Shown in pieces: positions 1 to 13,009 of a stretch of DNA of 48,174 nt (the stretch's first letter is position 1; each line of letters starts with the position of its first letter). A program made the translations under genes and the position numbers. The stretch lies in NCBI RefSeq assembly GCF_001194135.2, contig NC_068991.1, positions 34,256,251 through 34,304,424 of the forward strand. Reading direction: 5' to 3'. Under the pieces are notes generated by a model that was given only the letters and a program-made list of their open reading frames with translations, ran no database searches and was not told the DNA's origin. The DNA is from Octopus bimaculoides (Eukaryota).

Positions 1-247
1 CTATATAATTCGTCTGACGTTCCGTGTGTCATGTGGTTCGTCTGAGTTCATTGTTTCATTGTTGTTGTCTTGTGGGACTGTCGTAGTAAAAGGTCATTGA
101 TATATATATGGCGGACATGACTTTTGTTTATTCATAACGAACATTGGGTGAGTGCGTTCTTTGTATGTAATTGAACAATAAATGTAATAATTAAATTGTA
201 TAACTCGTTATGTTATCTCTGCGAGTCAGTCCGAGGGAAACATAACA
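1..247 (+). mobile_element. Possible 3' part of an LTR
   Basis: TATA-like run near 100, AATAAA at 177-182, segment ends in CATAACA (241-247) like an LTR terminus; homology to the 8.5-kb repeat copy begins only after this point. No partner LTR seen. Confidence 0.3.
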
Positions 248-1170
248 GGTATGCTGGCGCATTGTGTAGGACAGACAATTATCTATTAACTTCATGACCA
301 ACCTGGGTCGAACAGAGACACAGATAGCATGAGCTGACATCCGATGTATACAGAGTGGGGAAAAAGAGCTGAGCGGGCAATCATGAGAAAATGACTCTAA
401 AGGCATATGTTTTGGTGCATGTGTGAAAGTGGGTGCAGGCATGCAGGTTTGTGTGTGAATGCTGAGAAAAAATTTTGTTTTATTTTACAAACAAAATACA
501 GAGCAGTGCATAAATGGGTCAGCATGCAAAGAAAGAAATTGCAGAAATTCAAAAGAACATTTAGCAGAAACCATGTAATAAAAATAGGTGAATAATGCAT
601 GTGCATGAAATGTGCAATGTCAGTGGCCAATGAGAAAAAATATAGAACATTCAAAAACATATGCATATGAATTTAGTTGTTTTAGTAAAATGAGTCATCG
701 TGGAATTGAGTCATCATGGGATTAAGTGTTACGTGTAAATAAATGAAGGTGTGCAGTGCAAACAAAACAGAATGAAAATGACAAACTTGACTAGAAAATG
801 TCCTGGTCCTGAAAAGCTAAAAAGTAGCATTTGAAATGCAAAAATATGTGCATGCAAAGAAAGTCTATGTACAAAAGTTTGTGTGGCATGCAGGTTAAAT
901 GCAGGACTGCGTTCAAAAAATCTGTAGCTTTGGAGAACGTTGCAAGTGCGGGTTTCCATATTTTCATCCAGGTAGTTTTTGGTCGGATGACTGTCGAAAT
1001 GTTGCATTTTTTTTATTGTAGATGTTTCTTTCATGGCTGTGCAATGTAGTGGAGTGAAGTGCATTCTGTGGCAGGTAGAAAGTGCATGGCGGGTGTCTAC
1101 TGTGTCGGTGAGTTCTTTTCAGCAACAACAGAATAGACAACACAGAAAAAAATATTATCAACAAAATTGG
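248..1170. repeat. Unclassified interspersed repeat, copy A
   Basis: Colinear shared blocks with 8470-9600: ATGACCAACCTGG (294-306 vs 8526-8538) and AAAAACATATGCATRTGAATTT (653-674 vs 8931-8952), followed by TGAGTCATCRTGG units. Confidence 0.55.
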
Positions 1171-1266
1171 CTAAAATAAATAATGAGATAAAAATTGTGT
1201 TCCTCGGTTGCCTAAGAAAATGAAACAAACTACTTAGCAAACGTAAAAGTAAAATCCCAAACTCAC

Positions 1267-1340
1267 CGAACGACGGTTTATGTTTGGAACTTTTTACAGG
1301 TTTTCAAGGGGGAATTAAACGTACGCAAAACAAAAGCAAA
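1267..1340 (-). other. Candidate non-coding first exon of a divergent (- strand) transcript; 5' start approximate
   Basis: Minus-strand TCG|GTGAGT splice donor at 1267/1266 at the edge of a CpG-retaining region. Confidence 0.3.
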
Positions 1341-2132
1341 AGAAAAACGAGTGTATTAACATTCTCTTTCTCTATAAAAGACTGAAGATTTACGCTATTA
1401 AAATATATTTTTAGCCTAATTGGGAATCGGTTCATTTGAGGGAATATATCAAACTGAACCTGACATAAAAAAAAAACCATTAAAAGAATTGTATATATGT
1501 GTTAGGTTTTAAACCTTACAAGTATTTGAATATGATCAAGGAGCTTTCAACTTTAATCTTTGACGGAGACAATCAGCGTTAATTTTATAAAAGACTTATT
1601 TACATTCTCAATATTAAATTACCAAAAATACATAACATCTTTTAAATTGTTACTTCAAAGGTGCGCCTCTCTACCATATGGGCATTCTGTCGTCTACTGT
1701 TACTACAGTTATAGATTTTCAGAATTACTAAACGGAATAAAACTTAGTGGAGTGTTTGTTGCTGTAGCAGCAGTAGCTGATATACAAACTCCAAGTTAAT
1801 TGTTATTGAGGCAGCCAGTCGAACAAGCCCTGCCCATTTCTGTATATACTGCTTTTTTCTCAAACGTTTTCAATTAGATAATTTCATTACAACCTTTTTT
1901 CGTTTTATAATCAATTCATGAAGTACACTACCCACTACGATTTCTTCATTGTGGCTTTTAATTTTCTTTCATACATGTAGTCGTGGCTACCTACTTAACA
2001 CACCTATTTCTGTATACGTATATAGCAACCTCGACACGCAACGGATCCAGCGAGCTGCAACATTGTGAAACTACTGGGCAACGTTAAAATATTTTTTAGA
2101 TATAATTTTTATGGTGTTTGTAATTTTCCATT
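1340..2132. promoter_or_regulatory. Putative (bidirectional) promoter / 5' UTR region
   Basis: CpG dinucleotides are visibly retained relative to the CpG-depleted transposon remnants; region lies between a - strand donor (1266) and a + strand ATG exon (2133). Confidence 0.4.
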
Positions 2133-2219
2133 ATGTTCCTGGCAACTTTGTTCCGCAAACAGCGTTTTATACAAGTTTTCTTTGAAAATACCAACAGCCT
2201 CCGTGTTTTGCCTTCCCAA
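2133..2219 (+). CDS. Coding exon 1 of an unidentified host gene; mitochondrial transit-peptide-like (MFLATLFRKQRFIQVFFENTNSLRVLPSQ)
   Basis: ATG at 2133, 29 open codons, consensus donor CAA|GTAAGT at 2220; R/K/L/F/S-rich with a single acidic residue. Confidence 0.6.
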
Positions 2220-2544
2220 GTAAGTATTGCCATTGGGCTATTTTTCTTCCTTTTTATTCGGATTTCTGCGTAGTGAACGTCGAACGAGAACAGGAGGAAA
2301 CTAGAAAAAGTCGTTATTTTTTATATCAAGTTCGTCTTAAGAAGAAAAAGGCATTTAATAATGTGGCGATCTTTCTTTTATTTTTAATCCCACAGATATA
2401 AATACCTAAAGCCAAAGATCGCCTCTTTGATTTTAAGGTCTGCTCGATTGGGGCCTAGGGCTAGGCATCATCTGCTACTATGTAAAATAACTCACAAAGG
2501 TACTTATAAATTTACTCAGAAATTTACTTACAGGTTTGTATGTA

Positions 2545-2578
<34 letters not shown>

Positions 2579-3268
2579 ATTAACCAAAATAATGGCCAAA
2601 TGATGAGTTCATTGACTTCCAGGATTTTCAGCTCAGAAAAAGAAAGTTAATATATTTGTTGCTGCAACAACAGTAACAATAATAGGCAGTCTATGTATAG
2701 GAAAAAGAAAAAAAAGGGGGCATGCCTTGTACACCGGTTTATAAATGCAACCAACGAAATAGCTTCTATGTAGTTGTTCGACTTGTTAGAAATAGCAGTC
2801 AAAAATTCTTCCAAACCATTAAAAAAAATCATATTAGTTTAGTATTCTTGCTTTTACGGCCCTGCATCGTTTTACAAATACTAAAATTCGAAATAGCCAC
2901 GTTATACATAAATTTCTCTAGAAATAGTGTCAATCGATGTACATGTCGTGATGTGTTATTAATTTGTTACATACATACTTTTGAGAAAGTTCTCGGCATC
3001 ACTAATATACGATCATCGGCGACGAGTTTTGTTAATGACATGCGAACGAGTAGAAAACGAATTGTAATGGTGATTTTACCAAACTGCATCCACTGTATTT
3101 CTGTCAGTACTTGTCGCAATGTTTCTCTTGTGAAACTGGCAGGCTCACCCCATCGTTCACATGCACAACTGTAGTAAATTAAATGTTTCGCGCAACATCC
3201 AATTGAAAGCATGTACTAAATCAAAAACTGTCTAAGCTTCTTTGGCATACGTCTAATATTTTGTTTAG

Positions 3269-3319
3269 GTCATCAATAATAGTATTCACTTATGGACACC
3301 TAATTATGAAACAAATTAT
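3269..3319 (+). CDS. Putative coding exon 2 (VINNSIHLWTPNYETNY), phase 0-0
   Basis: Branch-point-like CTAAT plus TTTTGTTTAG acceptor ending at 3268; donor TAT|GTATGA at 3320; in frame with exon 1. Confidence 0.45.
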
Positions 3320-5639
3320 GTATGATTCAACACTGTAAAAGTGCAGACAACAGACCAATTTGTATTTTGGACCATAAAAGTGAGGTTACACTCCATATCT
3401 TAGTTCTCATATCTGCGACCATTATCATGGATAACCAGGTTATGTGTATCCTGTTAATATTGTAGCGAGGTGTCGAATTGAAACCACGGTAGCTCAGTTG
3501 CGAGTGACAAGCCACAGCTTATCAGGTGAAAGTAGCCTAATTGTTAGCCACTGATATTTCAGCTTCAATCGTTCGATCCTATAATATCAAGAGGAATTTT
3601 CCATAATTCCCATCAAAGCGTGGTAATAAATAGAGAAGCACAGGACAACCAGTGTAAGAGGTGGAGGAGATGAACACAGGATTCTTGGTCATTGCTCAAC
3701 CTCAGGTTGAAAAGAATCACTTCGCTCACAATGCCCTTCTCTAGGCACATAGGATTGTCACCTCTCACCTCACACGAATATGTAGCTAGCCAAAACAACA
3801 TATATTCATGACTTTACTATTGACAGTAATACAGACTCTGACAAGTAGCCATTGTAAATATTGCAAATCTTATTTACAAATAAATGGTCTCCCCATCAAA
3901 CATCTAAAATGGACTTTGTTTTATATGAGAAACAGTATGCAGCCAAAATCAACCTAACCAAAATATCCCTGGCCCATCTGTAATGCAATGGTGTACCTGA
4001 CAGAGAAGGTCTGCAACCAGGTTACACTGGTAATCCTGACATCAAAGGGGCATATGGTTGTAACATGGAACTACTAGATGGAATGGTGACTTGTGATGTC
4101 CAAACAAGTTACATTGTCGATGCCTGACATTTAATCAAGCTACACTGGAGACTGCTATACTAGAAATGGCAGTCAAAACAAGTTACGTCAATTTGACTAT
4201 GCTGAGTATACTATGGAGACCTTGACACTGCCACTTCTTCCACAAGAAAGAAAGAACTTTGATGCTAGAAATGACAGTCTTAACAGCAAATGAAATATCA
4301 CTTGATGCTAACATTCAACTTCTACAAACTGGTAATGCTGACATCTCTACAACAAACTTCTGAATTCAACAGCAAAAGAGCTCTTTAACAAACTTCAAAA
4401 CGATAAATGTGTAGCGAGATGATGTAGCAAAAGATGTTGTTGAGGTAGCAAATGAAATAGGCACGTGGACAACATCAAAGTAAAACAATAGAAAAGCATT
4501 GGATTGTAGTTTAAATAATTTATTTAATCGACACTTGCATTTACCTGTTGTATACAGCAGAAAATCTGCTACATGACATTACCAACTTGCTTCGAGTTGG
4601 CAAAGTAGAAAATAAACAGGCGAAATACTGTGTTGATGTGGTGAGGTAGAACTGGGCATGTTTTGTGTGTGTGTGTGCATTGGTCATTCGGTTGTGTCTA
4701 TTTATGTTCTGCGACTGTTACTGTGTTGGGTCGTTCATGCTGGATATGTGGTTCTGTGTTGGCTGCTTCACTGGGGCAAGTTAACTGCTAGCTGTCTGCT
4801 TGTCTCTTGACCGTTTGCCTGTTGATGGGCTATCTCCCCATCTGTCGTGTGTCTGACTGTATTTATAATGGTCATGACAGCTAGAAGGACAACACACCAC
4901 AGGAGTAATTTCTACTTATGTAGGTCGCCTCCTGTCCACTTGAACCTTAAATGACACAGCTCAGGTCGGAGATTGAAGGGAAAGAGATATGGAACTCTAT
5001 TGATTACGTGACCCACTAGAGGTCTAATAGAAGTAAGTTGTCTTTCAGTAGCATGGAGAACAAGTGATAGCACACATTAAAATATAAGTGGTGCAAGCGT
5101 GTGTAAGCATACAGGTATGATGTAGAGAGCAAAACATTTTTAAAACAAAGCAAAACATGTGCATGCACAGAAATGTAATTTTACAGAAAAATGAAAATGT
5201 TCATGCAAAAAGTTTGTTGGTTAAGTGTTCAGTCAGTTCAATTAGCAAAACAATGTTCATAAAAAATGTTTCTCATTGATATAGAAAAATGCTTTTTTTT
5301 AATGTAAAATATTCTTTTTGTTTTGGCTTGTATGCAAATGATGCAGAGTCAGTTGGGTTATGTATGTGTGGAAATTGTTCATAACCATAAGAAAAAACAA
5401 TTTGTTTTTCTTTGTTGATGTGAACATTGTGAATATTTCAATTGAGAAGACAGGTAGGTGAAGAGTTTGTACTTATTTGAAAGACTTGAACAAATCTTGT
5501 GGGCCATTGAACTGATCTTCCCAATTTGGTGTGCTGGGGTTGTGCAGAATCAGAGGTGTTTGCAATGGGTGAAGCTGAGGTTCTTGAGTCCGTTTGAGGA
5601 ACAGTGAGAACTGAAAGTAAGTCCTTTTCGACAAATGCT

Positions 5640-7720
5640 TTTTTTTTTTAGTGATCAACAGAGACAATATTTTGTTTTCCTCCAATATTGAGGACAAAAT
5701 ACTTTGGTTCTATTTGGATGACTTTGTAGGTCCTGGAATATGGTGGCCAAAATTGAGAAGGTATTCCATCATTTCTAACAAAAACATGTGTCCAAGTATT
5801 GATGTCCTTTGGGACATGTGAAGTGTCGTTCTGTTGTCTGGGGCCTGCAGGGGACAAATGTGACATAGATGTCTGTAAGTGGTGAACATATTTTGCTGGG
5901 TCCAGGAAGTCTTGTGGTGAAACAGGATCGATCATCTGCCCAGGTATGGCAAGTGCCATGCCATAGACCAGTTCAGCCGAAGTATGTCCAACTCCCTCCT
6001 TAACTGTGGATCAAATACCAAGGAGGATGAGTGGAAGATATTCCAACCAGTTGGAGCAGTCTGGATATGCTTTTATAGCCGCCTTGAGTTGGTGAAAGCA
6101 TTCGACCATGCCATTTGCTGTAGGGCGGTAAGCTGTTGTGCAGGTGTGTTTACACCCAAGGAGATGAGTCAGCTCAGTGAAAAGGTGAGAATTGAACTGA
6201 CATCTTCTGTTGGTGGTGATCATCGTGGATGTGCTGAAACGTGAAACTCAATGAAACACATTAGCGACAGTTTCTGAAGAAGTGTCTGATAAGGGAAAAG
6301 CTTCCTGCCAGTGAGAAAATCTGTTGACACAGGTGAGTGCAGTTGTTGGAAGGAGGCAAAGGTCCAACGATGTCAATATGCACATGTTGAAAACATGCCT
6401 CTGGAGTTGCAAAGGAACCAGTGGGAGGTTTAATGTGTGCTCAAACTTGGCTTGGGTTCTTTTGAGTCTATCTGGAGCTAATCTTCACGGACGAGAGAAG
6501 ACAGGTGGACCAGTTGTAATGAAGTCTTGAGTCAAGTGAACTTCCTGGGTAGGCTTAAATGAAATATTCGTTAACTCAGGAAATGAAACAAGGAGTATAT
6601 GAAACTGGTTTCCAGCAGCAGCTTCAAAAAACAATGAACTGACAACAGCAGCAGTTGATTCACAAGCTGGCATAGATAAGGACATGGTATTAGCCAATGT
6701 TGCTGTTTCCTGACATCTACCAAGAGTGAATAGTGGTGTAAGAAATCTGCACCGAGAATAGGATGAGGGAGGTCAGCAATGACAAAAATCCATTTAAAAT
6801 CTCGACACAAAGCTAGGTCCAACGATAAGGATGTCTGGCCATAGGTCTTGATAGGAGATTGGTTCACAGCATACAAGAAAATGCCGGAAAAATTTGGCTT
6901 GATAGGGCTGAACTGTAAGGGCCAAATACTGCAACTTGATCCTGTATCCACCATGAACGATTTTGTTTGAGACAAGGTCCTTGATAAAGAAAGCATGATA
7001 AGGCGAAATGTTATGGGAGAGGTCTGCCATGCCCAGGCTCTCCAAACTCAGTTTTCTGATGCTCCAAAAGAGCAGGGCTTGATACAATGATGTGCCTTAT
7101 CTAGGCAACGTGCATGGTACCAACACAACGAAGAACTGTTGGCAGAGGAGTGTACAACGATCAGAAGATGAAGACCGACTTTGTGGACGATGCCTAAATG
7201 GCGCTTGATCATGACACAGTTTAGCTACTTTGTGTGTTAAACCATCAATAGCTTTCAACATGGCGTCTTCACTAGTTGAGGTAAGCTGTTTTTAAAAAAC
7301 GAAGAAGAAGCAATAACCAAATCAGCCGTGGTGGGTCCATTGGAAAATTCCATAATTCTGTCCACAGAGGCAGCAATTTGTTCTATGGAACTGGTGTCAA
7401 CCATATTTGCCAATATAATCTGAAAATTGATTGGCAACCGGGAAAAGAATAATTTCTTTACGAATGAGCTGTTCTCATGTGTGCCGTCGCTGAGTTCTCA
7501 AATTTGCCATAAAAATTCTGAAGGAGTCCTGTCCCCAAGATGTTCATCTTGCAATAATGAACGGAATCTGCTCTCTGATGATCTAGAGTTCCTACACAGG
7601 ACTTTTGTTTTTAGAGAATCAAAGGTGGTGCCTTGTGGAGGGTCAGTTATAATATCTTTCACAGTAGCTGTGGATCCATGGTTCAGTCTGTGTGGTAGCT
7701 AGCTGACGCACAGGGAGCAA
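5640..7720 (-). mobile_element. Degenerate Gypsy/Ty3 LTR retrotransposon (gag-PR-[RT/RNase H deleted]-IN)
   Basis: Gag-like QIILANMVDTSSIEQIAASVDRIMEF; protease FMVDTGSS...PILGADFL; RT start ITTGPPVFSRP..LAPDRLK; integrase FQHVHIDIVGPLPPS, TTAYRPTANGMVE and C-terminal THVFVRND...PPYSRTYKV; frameshifts and stops throughout. Confidence 0.9.
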
Positions 7721-8469
7721 AAGTTTGTTCCTTAGCCAACGGTCAAATGACCAAAAGAGAGATATAGCTAAATTGTTTGTGTTTTATATGTTTGCTAATT
7801 AAATTAGGTCAACTGAGAGCAATAGAATTTTTCCAGCATTATCTGTCTTGACCCTTCCACAACCAGAGAAACAATAGACTGAAAATTTATTTAACAATTA
7901 ATAAAAATATAGATTTGGTTTCGAATCTGCATAGCTATACTGTCACTGTTTGCTGCATCCTCTCAGATAATTTGTTGGAGACAAAGGATCAACATTAGGA
8001 CAACTTACAGAAATGTGCTCTATGAAAATTACAGAATGTTCAAAATTGCGAAAGTGTAAAGTTACAAGTAGATGTAATGCCAGGCCAAGAAAAATCATGG
8101 ATATCAGGAGAGAGAATCTGAGGTAATGCATACGGGACGAGTATCTATTTGAGTGGGTCTGAATAGCATGCAATGTTGCTTTGTGTGCATAGCATGCAGC
8201 CCGGGCTTTGACTTTGGGGCAGCATTAAGTGAGCATGTGCATGTTTCAGTAATGGATTGTATTCACATATGCAAGAGAAAGGTGCAGCTGTAGACTTTCA
8301 ATTAAAGGAGCTGAGGTGAGAGAGTGCATTCTTAATCCATGATATAATTTGAAAATTTTCAGGCAGAAGTGTGCATGTTGTGTTAGGTATCTTAAAAAAT
8401 GTGCAGAGGCAAAATGAGTCAGGCATTGTGATCGTATACGTTTGTTGAGGTTATGCAAGAACAACAAGG

Positions 8470-9600
8470 TGCAAGTGACATACTGGCACATTGAGAAAGA
8501 CAGGTAAACTTTCTCTATGTATACTATGACCAACCTGGAGTCTTATTGAGGTGAGTTGTATCTGGAAGCAAGGGCAGAGTGAGCATAATGAAACAACTGA
8601 CATATGTTGAATCAGGGAAAGAGTTGAGCAGGCACAGACATGGGAAAACATGTCAATGAAGCCACAATATTGTGGTGCATGTTTGTAACTGGGTATGGGC
8701 ATGCATACATGTATGCATGGGCATTACATTTTTTTCACAAAATATATTGAATAGTGCAAAGACTAATCAATCTGGGAAAAATCTGTGAAAGATCTGTGAA
8801 AACTGCAAATGTTCAAATGAAAACATGTTGCAGAAAACCACAGAATAGGAACAAGTGAGCAATATGAATACATGAAAAAATTATCAAGTGGCCATAGGCA
8901 TATGCATTATAAAAAATATGGGATTATTATAAAAACATATGCATGTGAATTTCTTCATGGAAATGAATCATCACAGAAAATGAGTCTTCATGGAAAATGA
9001 TTCATCGTGGAAATAATTCATCACTAAATAAAAAATGTTTTTAATGAAATTGTGTTACAGGTTTATAAGCATGCTAACATGTAAACAGATAAAATCTTGC
9101 AGTACAGAGAGTATAGTAAACAGTATGAAATAGTTTAAACAAAGGAAAGAGATATGGGGTAACAAACTTGCTTAAAAATCTCATGCTGAAATGTAAGAAA
9201 AGAAGTGCAAAGATAAAGATTCTTGAGAGTCTATAATAGTCTATAAATGCACAAAATCCTGTTGATAATGCAGGAGCTGTACTTTGGGAGAAGATGAAAA
9301 GTGTGCAGGGCTGTTGAAAATGCACTTGCAGGCTTCCCTAAGTTTTGTGATGTAGTTCTTTGGTGTTGGCTGCTGAAATGTTGCACCATGGACTTCCATA
9401 GATTTGGCAAGTTTTGTGTGGACAGCAGTTATTTCTCTGCATTTGCAGTTTGGTTTTTCTGTGCATCACAGTCAAGTGCATTGTTTTAGCAGATAGAACA
9501 CTTGTAACCAGAAAACAGTTGATTGCAGGATTTCAGCATGGAATTGCAGAATTTGATTGGCCTGCATATTGTTGTTTTGTTCATTGGTTGACAGCTCATA
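8470..9600. repeat. Unclassified interspersed repeat, copy B
   Basis: Diverged colinear homolog of 248-1170; has 4-5 degenerate ~16-17 bp TGA(G/A/T)TCATC...GAAA units at about 8948-9024. Confidence 0.55.
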
Positions 9601-9949
9601 GGTAGCTGGAGACTGCATTTCATGTTGAGACCAGTGCATATTGGTTTTTAAAGGCAGGATTTAATTGTTGAAAAACTTCATCTCTAATCATAGAAAGCTG
9701 CATGTAGTATGGTCCCTGCATGGATGCTTTTCACTTGGTGCCAGAACAGGTGCTCTTTATGTGATGCTAGCAGAGGTGCTTGATTCTACTTATATATATG
9801 CATGCAAACTTGTTACCAATTCAAACACACTTCGGGCATATTTACCTGTAAAAAAGCATTCACTGTATTTTATCATGGAAAAAATTTCTCACTGTAGTCT
9901 AGTAGGAGTAAACTCAACAAGTCAGTCCAAAGCACCCCCTGACCAGACT

Positions 9950-10980
9950 ACTGGATACATGTATTTCAGAGTGATTATCTCCTCTTCAGCATCAGATACT
10001 GGAATTGGGAAAATTATGAACTGGCAAGAGATGGATACCTCTTATATTCCTGTAATCGTACTGTGACTGGTTGTGCTAGTTGGTGGCGTGCCATAAATAA
10101 ATACACAATAGAAGTGCTACAATGATTTGTATGAATACAAACTTGTTACCAGTTCAAATATGCTCTCTCTCTTTCTACACACACATGCACATATATATAT
10201 ATATATGTATATTTTTTCATATATATAAGTACATATATATATATATGTACCTATATATATATATATGTGTGTGTGTGTGTATGCATGTATATATATATAC
10301 TTATATACATGTATATGTGTGTGAGTATTTATGGTTTGCTGGGAAAATGTGGTCCCCTGCTATAACATTGCCTTAGCTAACAGCGGCTTCAAAGATATCT
10401 TATAACCCTTCAATTAAAAATATAAAACCTAAATCAGTCCTGGAAAAATAATATGGTTTTCTCCCCTCCTCCATTCTTCTTAAATGTTAAAATTATAAAT
10501 CAGGTGTGTTTTATAGACTTAGTCATCTATGAGGCTGAACTCACTGCAGTGCTTCAAGATAACATAATTGAAAAGAAAAATTACATCAGTTTATATGAAG
10601 GCATCCTTAAAAGACATTATGCAAACAACCTGTCTTCTTTCCAACACTTTGATAAAAATAAAGCTACCGAGTTGGCTGGCCACATGGGGTTCTGAAGACC
10701 AACCACACTCTACATACAATCAAGTGGAGAATTGTGGAAAAATCTATGCCATATATAAATGGATGAAAGAGATGCAGCTTATGTATAACTGATAGATTGC
10801 ACCTTCTTTTTAGATTCAAGAAGTCCACCACAGTTTCATTCCAAATCCAAAATCTTCAGCAGATGCAAGTACATAAACAAATTTCTTTTTCTCAAACTGT
10901 AGGACAGCACCGTCTCCGGATTGAGCACTTGTCTCACAGGCTTTTGGACTCCTCATCACTGAATCATTCTATGCTATCTT
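9950..10980 (+). mobile_element. Highly decayed CR1/L2-type LINE fragments, interrupted by microsatellite
   Basis: YELARDGYLLYSCNRT resembles an APE endonuclease segment; SLYEGILKRHYANNLSS resembles the LYKALVRPHLEYA motif of CR1 ORF2 C-terminus. Confidence 0.4.
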
Positions 10981-11364
10981 GATTGATTATAATTTCTAAG
11001 GTCAAAGGGGATGTAACTCTAAATTTTCTTTCTGTTCTTTCCTTAAATTTTCCATTTTTATTTAACCTTTGTCTTCTCATTCTAATTTTTTCATCAACCT
11101 TCTCATTTTTACTCATGTTCTCTCATGTACCACCATCCTGGTTTACAAATAAAACTGACTATGTGCCCTGAGCATGAGATTGTTTGGAGAAACAAGACAT
11201 GTTATATAATCTGCCTAATCTCAATGTCTCTATCGCAAGAAATTATTTGTAGGTCTTATTTTAAATACTGTATACATTAAATGATATGGTATGTATATAT
11301 GTATGTAAATATATGTGTGTGTTTGTGTGTGCATGTATATAGATGTATATAATAACACAGATGG

Positions 11365-11460
11365 GGTGCAGTTAGCCACAGCTGTTTCAGACACGTTCTT
11401 TATTGATGAACAAAAATGTTACATCATGCAACAAAAAAAAAACATTTTCTTCAAGAGAAA
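11365..11460 (-). ncRNA. Degenerate hammerhead-like remnant
   Basis: Minus strand reads TTGAAGA...AACGTGTCTGAAACAGCTGTG: same GAAACAGCTGT stem III as the 24.6-kb ribozyme, but core mutated and no stem I pairing. Confidence 0.3.
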
Positions 11461-12061
11461 ATTTAGCAATTAGAATTTATCACAAAATAATTTGGCTTGA
11501 CTAACCTAGTTACACCTGGCAGAGTGAATAGCAGAAGCTATTACTAAGTTTATATTAATGAAATCATTATAGGGACGAAAATAATGCAAGGAAGTAGGGG
11601 AAGAACTAGGAGGGAAATAAAGAGAGAAAAGAAGGGAGGGAAAGGTACAACATAGTTCATCTTCATTAAAAGGTGATGAGATGAAACTAGGGTCTGTAAC
11701 AAGAGTGATAAAATAGATGAGCAAGAGGGTGGGGGTGGAATAAGCATACACACATGTATATACAGTTATTCACACACATGTACAAATAAATAGATAAATA
11801 TACTTACACACATACATGCACACATACACATACATATAACAATCCCATACATATATCTATATACATATACATCTGTATATATGTGTGTGTATATATATGT
11901 ATGTATATATATATACACACATATATTAATATATACATACACACACTGAGATACGTGCACATATGCATGTACCTCTACATACGTGTGTTCATCCATACAT
12001 AGCTAATACACACATATACATCCACTAAGCTTACAACTATCTGTCTGTCTGTCTCTCTTTT

Positions 12062-12094
<33 letters not shown>

Positions 12095-12299
12095 CGCATC
12101 TGTATATACATATATACATAAACGCACAAACACACATACATATACATATACACTCAAGAAAACACATACTAAATGATCCACATGCACTTAAGCAAACTGA
12201 GTTCTCATTTTGTTCCGTTTGCTGAAAGGTTTGCAAGGCACCAGCAGGCGTGTACAAACACATTCGTGATTACTGCTTTATTTTACTGAAACGCCACTC

Positions 12300-12606
12300 T
12301 ATCAGTTATGACAACAAGGATTCCAGTTGATCTGATTAGTAGAATAGCCTGCTTGTGACATTAACATGCATGTGGCTGAGCACTCTACAGACACGTGTAC
12401 TCTTAACATACTCCTCAGGGAAATTCAGCATGACACAGAGTGTGACAAGGCTGGCCCTTTGAAATACAGATACTACTTTTTGCCAGCTGAGTGGACTGGA
12501 GCAACATGAAATAAAGCGTCTTGCTCAAGGACACAATACATTGCCTGGAATTAAACTCACAACCTTATGATCATGAGCCGAATACCCTAACCACTAAGCC
12601 ATGCTT
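12300..12606 (-). mobile_element. tRNA-derived SINE
   Basis: Minus strand: A box TGGCTTAGTGG, B-box-like GTGAGTTTAATTCC, followed by the GTGTCCTTGAGCAAGAC central SINE motif. Confidence 0.8.
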
Positions 12607-13009
12607 TACATATATATATATATGTAGAAAACAGATACATCCATGCATATAGTTATAAGCAAGTATATGGATACATATACATATACTAATGCACACGTAT
12701 TAGCCCAAAATAAACTAATTGGAGTAAATAAGAATAGAAATATGAAGCTACTACTACTTAAAATTGTAACACTTATGATACTAGGGGCAGCAGTGATGTT
12801 AGTGATGATATTAAAATTGGGTTGGGACAGTTCTCACCTCTCAGTAACAACAATCCTGTGCTTATATAGATAATGCAAATGAAAATTTTATAGACAGTGA
12901 CCCACTAACTGATATTACTATCACCCATAATGTGAACAAAACTAATGTACATCAAAATTTATTGCTATGTAATAACCCTGGAATTGATCCTTTGGGTTAT
13001 GCAACTTCT

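Noticed and set aside
3404-3438. Possible extra exon FSYLRPLSWIT(R)
   Set aside because: Weak GTTATG donor and a phase-2 end incompatible with the phase-0 exon at 31692; unsupported without RNA data.
4630-5076. Possible 3' LTR of the minus-strand Gypsy
   Set aside because: TATA-like signal and TG..CA ends are present, but there is no polypurine tract and no matching second LTR.
7574-7585. CTGATGA matches at about 7575 and 14266
   Set aside because: Chance antisense matches inside Gypsy and RTE coding sequence with no hammerhead stems.
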